A DNA stretch of 64,000 nt from an uncultured Alistipes sp. (GTDB lineage: Bacteria; Bacteroidota; Bacteroidia; Bacteroidales; Rikenellaceae): the NCBI RefSeq assembly GCF_963931675.1, contig NZ_OZ007039.1:1771806-1835805 (forward strand), read 5' to 3'. Of this stretch, positions 1-9,293 are shown one piece after another. The notes beneath the pieces were generated by a model. The model was not told where the DNA came from. It did not search any database and was given only the letters and a program-made list of their open reading frames with translations. A program made the translations under genes and the position numbers. Numbering within the stretch: position 1 is the stretch's first letter; each line of letters starts with the position of its first letter.

Positions 1-2
1 CC

Positions 3-1079
3 AAGGAGGAATATCTTAACTCGAATGGAGAATTTGTAAGTCCGAACGGAACCGGCAAATACTCCGTCTATATGTACACCAACAAGGCCAAGAGCGACGA
101 GGTGGTGCGTATCGCCTCCAACCTGCACAGTTACCCGGCGATAATCCCGGCTAACGGGGATGCGCAGGGCTACTACAACGGCAACGAGTACCGAAGCGTT
201 ACTTTCGAACTGGCTAACTACAATCCGTTCCGTTTCGGCGCACGTGTGAACTATGCCAATACAGGGTGGCAAGGAGATGCCGACGAGCCGGACCGTTCGG
301 GTACCGACGACATCCCCGAAAAGGTTACAGAGCTGAATTGGACCTACCAGCCCGACCAGCAGGTAGACATTGCGTTCGACCTGACGAGCTTCAGAGGTTC
401 GGACGGCCAATCCGTCCATCCTTTCAAGGACGAAGAATTCGAGATCTACGGCTCTACGTTCGAAATCTACATCGACGCGCCGATGCTGCGTATCGACGAG
501 GGACGCCTGTCGCAATACAACCTGGACGGTGACAAGCTAAAAGCCCATCCTACCATTCCGGGACGTTTCATCTACACGGCGAGCAGAGACAGAGAGAAAG
601 AACGGAAGTACGGCACAGACGAGGCTCTGAATCAAGATGACACAGAAGGAGTGGACCAGTCGGGCGAGCGCAAGGTTCTGCCGTTTGTCACGAACACGGC
701 GGTGAGTGCAGGCGATATTGTCATCTCTTCCGATCAGGAGCAGGTGGTGTTCTACTCCAAGACATTCCGCGTAACCAACAGTTCGATTACAGGAACGCTC
801 AAATACAAGGATGACAACGGTGCCGAACAGGTTGTGCCTGCCGGAGCATTCGTTGCTTTCGAGCGGGTCAGCAACAACAGCCGTATTGGTGCCGTAACCG
901 TAACTGCCGATGGTCAATACGAATTGCGTCTGCGCAAGGAGTATGCGTTCAACTGGTATACCGATCAGGTACAGTTCCACTACGAACTGAACGGCAAGGT
1001 TTACCACGGTCATGCCGACGGAGGAACTTTGGCAGACTTGTTCAACAATACGAACATCACGCTTACGCCGGAAAACTAA
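3..1079 (+). CDS. hypothetical protein, 5'-truncated at the window edge (C-terminal ~359 aa)
   Basis: The frame is open from nt 3 with no upstream stop, so it extends beyond the listed 72..1079 ORF. No recognisable motif. A terminator hairpin follows. Confidence 0.55.
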   Translation, partial: KEEYLNSNGEFVSPNGTGKYSVYMYTNKAKSDEVVRIASNLHSYPAIIPANGDAQGYYNGNEYRSVTFELANYNPFRFGARVNYANTGWQGDADEPDRSGTDDIPEKVTELNWTYQPDQQVDIAFDLTSFRGSDGQSVHPFKDEEFEIYGSTFEIYIDAPMLRIDEGRLSQYNLDGDKLKAHPTIPGRFIYTASRDREKERKYGTDEALNQDDTEGVDQSGERKVLPFVTNTAVSAGDIVISSDQEQVVFYSKTFRVTNSSITGTLKYKDDNGAEQVVPAGAFVAFERVSNNSRIGAVTVTADGQYELRLRKEYAFNWYTDQVQFHYELNGKVYHGHADGGTLADLFNNTNITLTPEN

Positions 1080-1104
1080 TACATCGAAATAATCACAAGC
1101 GAAA

Positions 1105-1138
1105 AACTCCGGACACATCCACGTTCGGAGTTTTTCAT
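1105..1138 (+). terminator. Rho-independent terminator hairpin (aaaactccg...cggagtttttcat)
   Basis: Perfect 9-bp stem followed by a T-run immediately after the stop at 1079. Confidence 0.5.
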
Positions 1139-1163
1139 CAGATATGCTACGGATAACAGATAA

Positions 1164-2096
1164 ATGAAGATATTGAATATTACCATTCTCGCATGTCTCT
1201 TCTGTATCGGGATCGAATCCTGCTCGTATGCCCAGAAACGAGAAGAGACAAAAACGTTCCGCCTGCCTGACGTGCCTGACACGCTCACGGCGCCGGAGGA
1301 CCGTGCGGCATACCTCTCCCTGCACTATTGGGACCATTTCGACTTCGCAGACACGTCGTTGATCTCCCGACCCGAAATCACCGAGCAGGCATTTGTCGAT
1401 TTTGTCAGTGTATTGCCCTACACGCCGAAGGCGCAGCAGGCCGTCGATACCCTCTTCAGCCGCACGTTGGCAAAGAAGGAGATGCTTTACCACTTTATCG
1501 CGCTGGCAGACAAGTATCTCTACGAACCCAATTCGCCCATGCACGATGAGGAGCTGCATATCCTCGTGCTGCGTGCATTAGTGAATAACCCGCGACTGGA
1601 CGAGGCCGACAAGCTCCGTCCCCGCTACCTGCTGGAAATGGCATTGAAAAATCGCCCGGGCGACGTAGCGGCGGACTTTATCGTTACCTGTCGGAACGGC
1701 AAACGCGTGTGCCTTTCCGAGATAAAGGCGGAACACACCCTGCTGTACTTTAACGACCCCGATTGCGAGGACTGTCGCCGCGTGAAGGAGCGGCTCGCTT
1801 CGTCCCCGACCGTGAACAGACTGCTGGAGTCCGGTCGTCTGAAGCTGCTCTCCATCTGCGTGGAGGGAAAGACCGCCGCATGGGAGCGGGCGGTATTCCC
1901 CGCCCGCTGGATAGACGGCTACGATGCCGGGCAGCGGCTCACCCGCGAACAGGTGTACGACCTCAAGGCAATGCCCACCCTCTACCTGCTCGATGTAGAC
2001 AAACGTGTAATACTCAAAGATGCTTCGGCGGAGCGGATCGAGGCATGGCTGTCCGAAAGTTCCATCCACCCAAAGAATGATGAACGCCCCAAATAA
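1164..2096 (+). CDS. thioredoxin-fold lipoprotein (TlpA-like / DUF5106-type)
   Basis: N-terminal signal peptide with lipobox-like Cys (ILACLFCIGIESCS). The thioredoxin-like block LLYFNDPDCEDCRR has a degenerate CxxC. The size and architecture are typical of Bacteroidetes TlpA-like proteins. Confidence 0.55.
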   Translation: MKILNITILACLFCIGIESCSYAQKREETKTFRLPDVPDTLTAPEDRAAYLSLHYWDHFDFADTSLISRPEITEQAFVDFVSVLPYTPKAQQAVDTLFSRTLAKKEMLYHFIALADKYLYEPNSPMHDEELHILVLRALVNNPRLDEADKLRPRYLLEMALKNRPGDVAADFIVTCRNGKRVCLSEIKAEHTLLYFNDPDCEDCRRVKERLASSPTVNRLLESGRLKLLSICVEGKTAAWERAVFPARWIDGYDAGQRLTREQVYDLKAMPTLYLLDVDKRVILKDASAERIEAWLSESSIHPKNDERPK

Positions 2097-2650
2097 CGCA
2101 CATAACGAAACCGGCTCTCCTCGAGTTACCAAGCCGAAAACGGAGGAGAAGTACCGCGAGCGACTGGGATTGGGCGACAACCTGCCACGAGATACACGCC
2201 AGCACTGTAAGAAACAGTACTCCAAGGCTGTGGAACTTCTGCGTTCGGACCGATATATCACGACACAGGAGGTCGCTGACTCCTGCGGTGTCTCCTATGC
2301 CGGTTTGGAACAGCACCTGCTGTTTTACCACAAGGATTTGGTAAAGCGACGCATCAAGATACGCGAGAAGGCGGTCGGACAGAAACGCAAGGGCGAGATA
2401 ACAGGTCGGGGTACACTCCATGCCCCCCCCCTCGCCGGAAACAAAGGAGAAGTATGCCGAGGCAGTACGCCTATATGCCACCACACCAATGTCCGCCTTG
2501 CGGATAGCCAAGATGACGGGAATATCAAGAAATAGATTCTACGATTATCTGCACAACAACAATATTTTATTACCCCATCCCAATAAATTGCATCATCGTT
2601 TCGAGCGAGACGGTGATGATGCGCAGCAGCAGGTTGTAGATGTATTTCGG
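2077..2650 (+). pseudogene. HTH-domain protein split into two frames at a C9 homopolymer tract (frameshifted or phase-variable)
   Basis: ORF 2020..2535 (true start likely MMNAP at 2077) and ORF 2420..2791 each contain a similar HTH-like repeat (EKYRERL...QEVADSCGVSYAGLEQHL and EKYAEAVRLY...LRIAKMTGISRNRFYDYL). They are offset by +1 across the poly-C tract at 2423-2431. The tail of the second ORF reads like non-coding sequence. Confidence 0.35.
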
Positions 2651-2777
2651 GTCGTCGTGCTCGCGGCACCAGTCGTTCGTGTCATTCTCAATCCAATATT
2701 GTGCTCGGAAAAGGCGTCTTGGCGGAATTTATTCAGAATTTGGGCGAATGTGCTCATCGTGCAAGATTATATATACT

Positions 2778-4005
2778 CTTTTAGTAGATGACAAAATATA
2801 AATTATGTTGTTATATGCCTAATTATTAGTTGTTTATATTTGCAAAAGTCCCTAAGAATCAGTATCTTTAAAGAAAAGTTTGCCCGCTTTTTCGTATGAA
2901 GACAACTGACTTTAAGGACTTGGGCAAAGTTAACCAAATCCTTCCGATGATGCAAGAACATTTTGGGAAATCGATGAATCTGGCCCGCATAAAGTTTATG
3001 GCTTTCATGCTCCATGCCCTGTGTGTAGTACAGACCGTAAGCCTCCATAAACTCGCGGCGGCAATGCCAACCTCTGTTGAAAGGGACTCCAACCTTCGCC
3101 GCATTCAAAGATTCATAGCCAAGTACGCCCTCAACTTTGACCTTGTGGCGCAGATGATATACTCTCTGCTTCCCGTCAAGACAGGGCTGGTGCTGAGCAT
3201 GGACCGTACAAACTGGAAGTTCGGTGATTTCAACATCAACATCCTCATGCTCGGCGTGGCATACAAGGGGATTGCATTCCCATTGATGTTCAGCCTTCTG
3301 CCTAAGAAAGGGAACTCCAATTGGAAGGAACGCAAGGCAATCGTTGAACGATTTGTCCGGCTGTTCGGCTCCGAATGCATCGACTCTCTTGTTGCCGACC
3401 GGGAGTTTGTCGGCAAGGATTGGATCGGTTGGCTCAACCGCAATCATATACGATATTATATCCGGATCCGGCAGAATTTCTGGCTTGTCAAGCCTTCCAC
3501 AGGGGAAAGAATCCGTGCATGGTGGCTCTTCAATTCCCTGAAAGTGGGGCAGGAAAGATTTTATTACAAGCTTTTCCTGCACAAAGGTGAGTACGTTTAT
3601 CTTGCCGGAAGCCGAATCAAGAACTCCGACGGTGTGCCTGAACTTCAGATCCTCATCTGCTTCAAACGCCCGGAAAAGGGTGTCGACACTTATAAAAGGC
3701 GATGGGAGATCGAGACCGCATTCCGGGCTATGAAATCCTCCGGATTCAATATCGAAGACACGCATTTGCGCGACACAGAGCGGATTGCAAGACTTCTGGC
3801 AATGGTTTGTATTGCTCTTGTATGGGCGTATCTCGTTGGGGAACATAAAGATGAAAACGTAAAGCCTATAAAGACATTGAAACATGGACGTAAAGCCAAA
3901 TCTTTAGTAAAGTACGGCTTGGAGGAAATCTCCAACGTGCTTTTTCGACCAATTTATGTCCCGAAATTTGATGTATTCAAATTTTTGTCATGTACTTAGA
4001 TATAC
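2778..4005 (+). mobile_element. IS4-family insertion sequence (1228 bp) with imperfect terminal IRs and a 9-bp target-site duplication ATATACTCT
   Basis: The direct repeat ATATACTCT lies at 2769-2777 and at 4006-4014. The ends are TTTAGTAGATGACAAAAT and CTAAGTACATGACAAAAA (reverse complement), matching 14/17. One DDE transposase ORF fills the element. Confidence 0.7.
2896..3999 (+). CDS. IS4-family DDE transposase
   Basis: Carries the DDE_Tnp_1 blocks MDRTNWKFG, ADREF and YKRRWEIETAFRAMK. Its stop codon coincides with the right end of the IS. Confidence 0.85.
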   Translation: MKTTDFKDLGKVNQILPMMQEHFGKSMNLARIKFMAFMLHALCVVQTVSLHKLAAAMPTSVERDSNLRRIQRFIAKYALNFDLVAQMIYSLLPVKTGLVLSMDRTNWKFGDFNINILMLGVAYKGIAFPLMFSLLPKKGNSNWKERKAIVERFVRLFGSECIDSLVADREFVGKDWIGWLNRNHIRYYIRIRQNFWLVKPSTGERIRAWWLFNSLKVGQERFYYKLFLHKGEYVYLAGSRIKNSDGVPELQILICFKRPEKGVDTYKRRWEIETAFRAMKSSGFNIEDTHLRDTERIARLLAMVCIALVWAYLVGEHKDENVKPIKTLKHGRKAKSLVKYGLEEISNVLFRPIYVPKFDVFKFLSCT

Positions 4006-4045
4006 TCTAACAAAAGTAATCATTTCACCTCAATAAAAACAGAAT

Positions 4046-4085
4046 CGAGGGGATTTATTCGCCCCTCGATTGTTGGTAATACTCT
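4046..4085 (-). terminator. hairpin terminator downstream of the mob operon (aatcgaggggcgaataaatcccctcgatt + T-run on the minus strand)
   Basis: Perfect 10-bp inverted repeat followed, on the minus strand, by ctgttttt. Confidence 0.4.
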
Positions 4086-4131
4086 GATTGGATTGTATAT
4101 TGGAGAAATCGTATTTAAGTAGTATTCTTTT

Positions 4132-4890
4132 TTAACGTCGTCGCCCGCGGCGTCTGCGCTGTTGTTCCTGCTGGGTTTGTTCCACTTCGTCGGGATCAAA
4201 CCTCGGACGCAGCAAATCGTCCAGCAGGTAGCTGAACGAGGGTGTCAGGGTCGGAGCCGATTGGCGTTCGGGAGCAAGCGCCTGTCGGCTGTTCCGATCC
4301 AGTGCGGTGGCGATTTTCGAATAGCTGAACTGCCGGTCGATCTTCGAACCGTTGAACGGGTAGCCGTTTTTGGCAAACACGACCCCCTGCACGTCGGAGG
4401 TGCCTCCGCGCAGCCGGAACTCCTTGACCTGTTCCTTGCCCGATGCAAAGTAGAGCCCGTAGCGGGCGGTCAGTTGCTTGCAGAGCCGCTCCGAACGGTA
4501 ACGGTCGTTGCGGTCGGAGATTGTCCGTCCGTTGTTGCCCACGCGGTTGAAGAGAATATGCAGGTGGGGATGTTCCCGGTCGCGGTGGCGGACGATGATA
4601 AGTTGTGTATCCTTGATCCCCGTCCGGTCCAGATACTCCACCGCAATGGAGAGCAGCAGTCGGTTGTCCAACCGGGCGGCATCCCGAGGCGAAAAGGAGA
4701 GTACGACGTGTCCCACGGGTTTCGAGACTCTGGGGTTCTGCGCAGCCTGCCGTTCGAATCCGCGGATGATGGAGGGCGTGTCCTTGAACAGAACACCCAT
4801 CCCGGCCAGGCAATCGGCGCCCTTCCCGGGACCGAAAATGTATTGGACGGCTCCGCCGAAGGAGCCGCCTTTCGAAAGTTTGGCAATCAT
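4132..4890 (-). CDS. relaxase / mobilisation nuclease domain protein (MobA/VirD2-like, probably truncated)
   Basis: Contains the 3-His relaxase motif HRDREHPHLHILFNRV. The Arg-rich C-terminus is followed almost directly by the IS. At 252 aa it is short for a Bacteroides Mob relaxase. Confidence 0.7.
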   Translation of the reverse strand: MIAKLSKGGSFGGAVQYIFGPGKGADCLAGMGVLFKDTPSIIRGFERQAAQNPRVSKPVGHVVLSFSPRDAARLDNRLLLSIAVEYLDRTGIKDTQLIIVRHRDREHPHLHILFNRVGNNGRTISDRNDRYRSERLCKQLTARYGLYFASGKEQVKEFRLRGGTSDVQGVVFAKNGYPFNGSKIDRQFSYSKIATALDRNSRQALAPERQSAPTLTPSFSYLLDDLLRPRFDPDEVEQTQQEQQRRRRGRRR

Positions 4891-5333
4891 GGCAGTTTGT
4901 CGATTCGGGTGAGCAGCGCATCAATTCGGTCGACCAACGCCTGCCGCCGTTGGACGTAGTCGCCCAGCCCCGCGATCAGCATCAAGGTGTGTTTGAGCGG
5001 GTTGAAGTAACGCTGTTTGATTTGCAGGGCATTGGCCTCGAAACCTTCGGCAAGCAGTTTGCTGCGGATGTCGATGATCTGTACACGGAATTCGTCCAGC
5101 ATTTCGTTGATCTTCAACGACAGACGGGTGGTCCCCATCATTCGTTCTTTTCGCTGGTTCCACAACTCGGGTCGTCCCTCGCTGTTGAAATAGATCTCCT
5201 GACGGAAACTGCCCGTTGTAATTCGGGCATAAATGGTTGCGAATCCGTCTTTTTTCGTTCTTCCCTTTCGCATCAGGAAGAGAATCCTGAAACTCTCTTG
5301 TCTCATGGTTTTGTAAAATTTAGAGGTTAACAA
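4887..5333 (-). pseudogene. N-terminal fragment of a CTnDOT/NBU-type tyrosine integrase (Arm DNA-binding domain) fused to unrelated C-terminal sequence
   Basis: The N-terminus (FRILFLMRKGRTKKDGFATIYARIT...KLLAEGFEANALQIKQRYF) matches the Bacteroides integrase Arm domain plus the start of the core-binding region. The catalytic domain is absent. It overlaps the relaxase start by 4 nt (ATGA). Confidence 0.45.
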
Positions 5334-5597
5334 AACGCTGACAAGAAAAATCTATTGCGATGCAAAATGCAGCAGTTCAATGCATTATAAACAAAAAAGG
5401 TGGCAGTTTGCTCGCTTGGCTCCCGATTTGACCCCTTTGCCACCAAATTGCCACCCGAAGGTTTTCGGCGAAATACTTTTCGGGAGCGGAGGTCGGGATG
5501 CTAGCTGAATTGTTTAATATGTTGATATACAACTGTTTTGCTTTGTTTTGCATCCGGGCTTCCACAAAAAAAGGAGCCTCGAAAAAGGCTCCTTTGT

Positions 5598-5679
5598 GCG
5601 GATAAAGGGACTCGAACCCCCACGCCGTAAGGCATCAGATCCTAAGTCTGACGTGGCTACCAATTACACCATATCCGCA
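5598..5679 (-). tRNA. tRNA-Leu (anticodon TAG), with a long variable arm
   Basis: Manually folded. Acceptor GCGGATA/TATCCGC, anticodon stem TCAGA/TCTGA with loop CTTAGGA, variable arm GCCTTACGGCGT, T-arm GGGGGTTCGAGTCCCTT, discriminator A. A hairpin terminator lies just downstream at 5570-5596. Confidence 0.8.
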
Positions 5680-5776
5680 TCCGTTTCGACAAAGGTAGAT
5701 AAAAATTCACAATTCACAATCCCGAAATCCGATTTATCCAGCTTTTTTGGTTACTTTTGTAGGTAATTTTTGTAGA

Positions 5777-7330
5777 ATGCCCCAACTCCTCACGCTCGTC
5801 CTTTCGCCCCGACAGGCTGCCGATGCCAGGTATTATACTTCGCTGGCTGCCCGCCGCATGGGAATCCGCGAAGATGAGATTGCGCTCGTGCGGGTCGTGA
5901 AACGATCCATCGATGCCCGACAGCGACAGGTCAAGGTCAACCTCTCGCTCGAAATCTATGTCGACCGCGAGCCACAGCCCGCTCCCGTACATTTCGACTA
6001 TCCGTCGGTCGCCGGACGCACCGAGGTGGTGATCGTCGGATCGGGACCCGCCGGGTTGTTCGCCGCGCTGCGACTGATTGAACTGGGCCTGAAGCCCGTC
6101 ATCCTGGAGCGCGGCCGCGACGTCTCGGCCCGCAAACGCGACATTGCGCAGATCAACCGCAACGGAGCCGTCGATCCCGATTCGAACTATGCCTTCGGCG
6201 AGGGTGGGGCCGGGACCTTCTCCGACGGGAAACTCTTCACCCGCAGCAAAAAACGGGGCGATTACAACAAGGCGCTGCAGACCCTGGTCTTCCACGGTGC
6301 CACGCCCGAAATCCTCTTCGAAGCTCACCCCCATATCGGGACCGACAAACTGCCGCGTATCATGCAGAACATCCGGCAGACGATTCTCGATGCCGGGGGC
6401 GTTTTTCGTTTCGAGAGCCGCGTGACGGATCTGAAAATCCGCAGCGGAAAGATCGTCGGCGTACAGTGCGGCGACGAGTGGATCGAAGGGGCGGCCGTCG
6501 TGCTCGCTACGGGCCACTCCGCCCGCGACATCTACGAACTGCTCCACCGCCGCGGGGTGCGCCTCGAAGCCAAGCCCTTTGCCATGGGCGTGCGCATCGA
6601 GCACCCGCAGGCCCTGATCGACTCGATCCAGTACCATTGCGAAACGCGCGGCGAATACCTTCCGGCGGCCTCCTATTCGCTGGTGAGCCAGGAGGCGGGA
6701 CGCGGCGTCTATTCCTTCTGCATGTGTCCGGGGGGCTTCATCGTCCCGGCCATGACCGATGCCGCGCAGTCCGTCGTCAACGGCATGTCGCCCAGCGGCC
6801 GTACGTCGCCCTATGCCAATTCCGGGTTGGTTACCGAGATCCGGCTGTCGGATTTCGAGCACCTGCGCGGCGAATGGGGCGAACTGGCCGGCCTGAAGTT
6901 CCAGCAGCAGTTCGAAGAGGCGGCCCGGCGTGAGGGCGGCGACCACCAGATCGCCCCGGCACAGCGCGTGGCCGACTTCGTGGCCGGACGCGCCAGCGGG
7001 TCGCTGTCCGCCACCTCCTACATCCCCGGAATCATCCCCTCGCGGCTCGATTGCTGGATGCCCGACTTCATCGCCCGGAGCCTGCGGCAAGGGCTGACGA
7101 CCTTCGGACGGCGGATGAAGGGCTATGTGACCAACGATGCGGTGGTGGTCGGGGTCGAGTCGCGGACCTCGACGCCCGTGCGGATCCCGCGCGACCCCGC
7201 TACGCTGATGCATCCCGGGGTCGAAGGCCTTTTCCCGGCGGGGGAGGGGGCCGGTTATGCCGGCGGGATCATCTCGGCGGCGCTCGACGGCGAACGGATC
7301 GCCGCGGCGGTAAAAAATTATGTCGGGTAA
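5777..7330 (+). CDS. FAD-dependent oxidoreductase (COG2509-like uncharacterised FAD-dependent dehydrogenase)
   Basis: Rossmann dinucleotide-binding motif VVIVGSGPAGLFAALRL. The length and downstream blocks are typical of that family. The start is chosen at MPQLL. Confidence 0.65.
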   Translation: MPQLLTLVLSPRQAADARYYTSLAARRMGIREDEIALVRVVKRSIDARQRQVKVNLSLEIYVDREPQPAPVHFDYPSVAGRTEVVIVGSGPAGLFAALRLIELGLKPVILERGRDVSARKRDIAQINRNGAVDPDSNYAFGEGGAGTFSDGKLFTRSKKRGDYNKALQTLVFHGATPEILFEAHPHIGTDKLPRIMQNIRQTILDAGGVFRFESRVTDLKIRSGKIVGVQCGDEWIEGAAVVLATGHSARDIYELLHRRGVRLEAKPFAMGVRIEHPQALIDSIQYHCETRGEYLPAASYSLVSQEAGRGVYSFCMCPGGFIVPAMTDAAQSVVNGMSPSGRTSPYANSGLVTEIRLSDFEHLRGEWGELAGLKFQQQFEEAARREGGDHQIAPAQRVADFVAGRASGSLSATSYIPGIIPSRLDCWMPDFIARSLRQGLTTFGRRMKGYVTNDAVVVGVESRTSTPVRIPRDPATLMHPGVEGLFPAGEGAGYAGGIISAALDGERIAAAVKNYVG

Positions 7331-7343
7331 TGAACCAAAAAAC

Positions 7344-8090
7344 ATGAAACGAGTCAAAGTCGTCATACCGGTCTATTCCGAGCGCCTGTCGGAGAACGAA
7401 TGGCTCTCGCTGGAGCACAATACGGAGGTTCTCAAACGGCATCCGATCGTGCTGTTGTTGCCGCGAAGCCTCTCGATCGAGGCGGTGGCCCGGCGCTTCC
7501 CGACGGTCTGCAACCACGAGATCATCCGCGTGTCGGACGGTTATCTCGGCAAGGCCGGGATTCTGGGCTACAACCGCATGATGCTTTCCGCGGAGTTCTA
7601 CGACCTGTTCGTCGATTGCGAATACATCCTGATCTGCCAGACCGATGCCTGGGTTTTCCGCGACGAGCTGGAGCTCTGGTGCAGCCGCGGATACGACTAT
7701 ATCGGCGGGACGTGGTGGCGGGCCGGCATCTGGTCATGGCCCTTCATCCGCCACTTCTTCCCCCGCAACCGGCGGTTGTACGGCAAGGTCGGCAACGGGG
7801 GACTTTCGCTGCGGCGTGTGGAGTCCTTCCGCCGCGGCTGCGCAGAGTGTGCGAAGCGCATCGACTATTACCTGAACCAGTCCCGGCATATCTATTACGA
7901 GGATGTCTTCTGGGCCATCGAGCCCCATGATTTCCGCTATCCTTCGATGCGGGAGGCCATCGACTTCTCGTTCGACAACCACCCCGACCGCTGTTGGGCC
8001 GTCACCGGGGGCGAATTGCCGTTCGGCTGCCACGGCTGGCTAAAACCGGCCCGTATCGAGTTCTGGAAACATTTCATCCCTGCCCGTTAA
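7344..8090 (+). CDS. DUF5672-like protein in a polysaccharide-synthesis gene block
   Basis: ORF with coding-like composition, co-directional with and immediately downstream of the oxidoreductase, and upstream of glycosyl/phosphotransferases. The domain assignment is from memory only. Confidence 0.45.
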   Translation: MKRVKVVIPVYSERLSENEWLSLEHNTEVLKRHPIVLLLPRSLSIEAVARRFPTVCNHEIIRVSDGYLGKAGILGYNRMMLSAEFYDLFVDCEYILICQTDAWVFRDELELWCSRGYDYIGGTWWRAGIWSWPFIRHFFPRNRRLYGKVGNGGLSLRRVESFRRGCAECAKRIDYYLNQSRHIYYEDVFWAIEPHDFRYPSMREAIDFSFDNHPDRCWAVTGGELPFGCHGWLKPARIEFWKHFIPAR

Positions 8091-8102
8091 AATCTTTTCG
8101 CC

Positions 8103-9173
8103 ATGGAAGCCAAGAACTACCTGTTGTTCGCCACGTTGTCCTATGCCTATTCAATTCTGCGGCCGCTGCAGGCCGAGATCCGGCGCCGCGGAGGCACGGC
8201 TGCCTGGTTTCTCGAACCGACCTGCCCCGATTCGCTGCAGGACGACGAACTGCGTCTGAAAACGGTCCGGGAGGTGATTGATTTCAATCCCGTGGCGGTC
8301 TTTACCCCGGGCAACTATATCCCGGACTTCTTTCCGGGGGTGAAGGTGGCGCTGTTCCACGGCTATGCCATTCAGAAGCGGATCGAGGCCGTAGACGACC
8401 ACTTCACGATCCGCGGATGGTTCGACATCTACTGCACGCAGGGACCGAGCAGCACCCCCTTCTTCAAGGAACTGGAGAAAAAGTTCGGTTTCTTCCGGGT
8501 CTATGACACCGGGTGGCCCAAGGCCGACACCTATTTTGCCCCCGAAATGATGCGGCACCCGCAGAACCGGCGCCCGGTAATTCTCTATCCGCCGACCTTT
8601 ACGAAGAATGTCTGCTCGGCCCCGTACCTGATGGCGGAGATCGGGCGCCTGGCGGAGTCGAAACCCTGGGACTGGATCATCACCTTCCATCCGAAGCTGA
8701 CCGATCCCGAGATCGTGTCGGGGTACAAGCGGATTGCTGCCGAACATGAGAATGTCACCTTCTTCGAAGGCCCGGACAAGATGGGGCTGTTGCAGCAGGC
8801 CGACGTGATGCTGTGCGACAGTTCGTCGATCATTCTGGAGTTCATGTTCCTGGACAAACCGGTCGTGACGTTCCGCAATTCGCATCCCGGGCCGCACCTG
8901 ATCGACGTTCAGCAGCCCGAGGAGGTGGGGCCGGCCATCGAGCGGGCCCTGACGCGCCCCGAGGAGCTGATGGAGGAGATTCGCGCCTATACGATGTATC
9001 ACGAGCCGCACCGGGACTGCCGTTGTTCGGCCCGGGTGCTGGATGCCGTGGATGATTTTCTGGCCAGGGGTCGCGTGGGGTTGAAGCGCAAGCCGCTGAA
9101 TCTGGTGCGCAAATGGAAACTCCGGCGGCAGATGCATTACTGGCCTTTCTGGGAGCGGCTGCGGGGCCGGTAG
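8103..9173 (+). CDS. CDP-glycerol glycerophosphotransferase (TagB/TagF) family protein
   Basis: The size and C-terminal blocks (MLCDSSSIILEFMFLDKPVV) resemble the TagF family. It sits between glycosyltransferase genes. Confidence 0.5.
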   Translation: MEAKNYLLFATLSYAYSILRPLQAEIRRRGGTAAWFLEPTCPDSLQDDELRLKTVREVIDFNPVAVFTPGNYIPDFFPGVKVALFHGYAIQKRIEAVDDHFTIRGWFDIYCTQGPSSTPFFKELEKKFGFFRVYDTGWPKADTYFAPEMMRHPQNRRPVILYPPTFTKNVCSAPYLMAEIGRLAESKPWDWIITFHPKLTDPEIVSGYKRIAAEHENVTFFEGPDKMGLLQQADVMLCDSSSIILEFMFLDKPVVTFRNSHPGPHLIDVQQPEEVGPAIERALTRPEELMEEIRAYTMYHEPHRDCRCSARVLDAVDDFLARGRVGLKRKPLNLVRKWKLRRQMHYWPFWERLRGR

Positions 9174-9293
9174 CGGTTGTCGGGTCGGCTTTTGTGAAAG
9201 CGGCTGCGGGGCAGTAGCCGAATGGAGGAAGGCCGCTTCGGCCCATCTCTTTTGGTCCCGCATCCTCATTCACCCTTCCCCGGGATCGGCGGG

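Noticed and set aside
537-1559. 340-aa minus-strand ORF overlapping the first two + strand genes
   Set aside because: It runs antisense to two well-formed genes in GC-rich DNA. The translation has no motifs and is of low complexity. Such long stop-free antisense frames are expected at this GC content.
2560-2757. Possible short minus-strand coding remnant (MSTFAQILNKFRQDAFSE.. / ..WIENDTNDWCREHDDPKYIYNLLLRIITVSLE) antisense to the tail of ORF 2420..2791
   Set aside because: It needs a frameshift to read through and is under 60 aa in either frame. I cannot decide which strand, if any, was once coding. It is probably debris next to the IS4 insertion.
5714-7366. 550-aa minus-strand ORF
   Set aside because: It runs exactly antisense to the FAD-oxidoreductase gene, which has a clear Rossmann motif. 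The translation is Arg/Gly/Pro-rich, typical of a spurious high-GC antisense frame.
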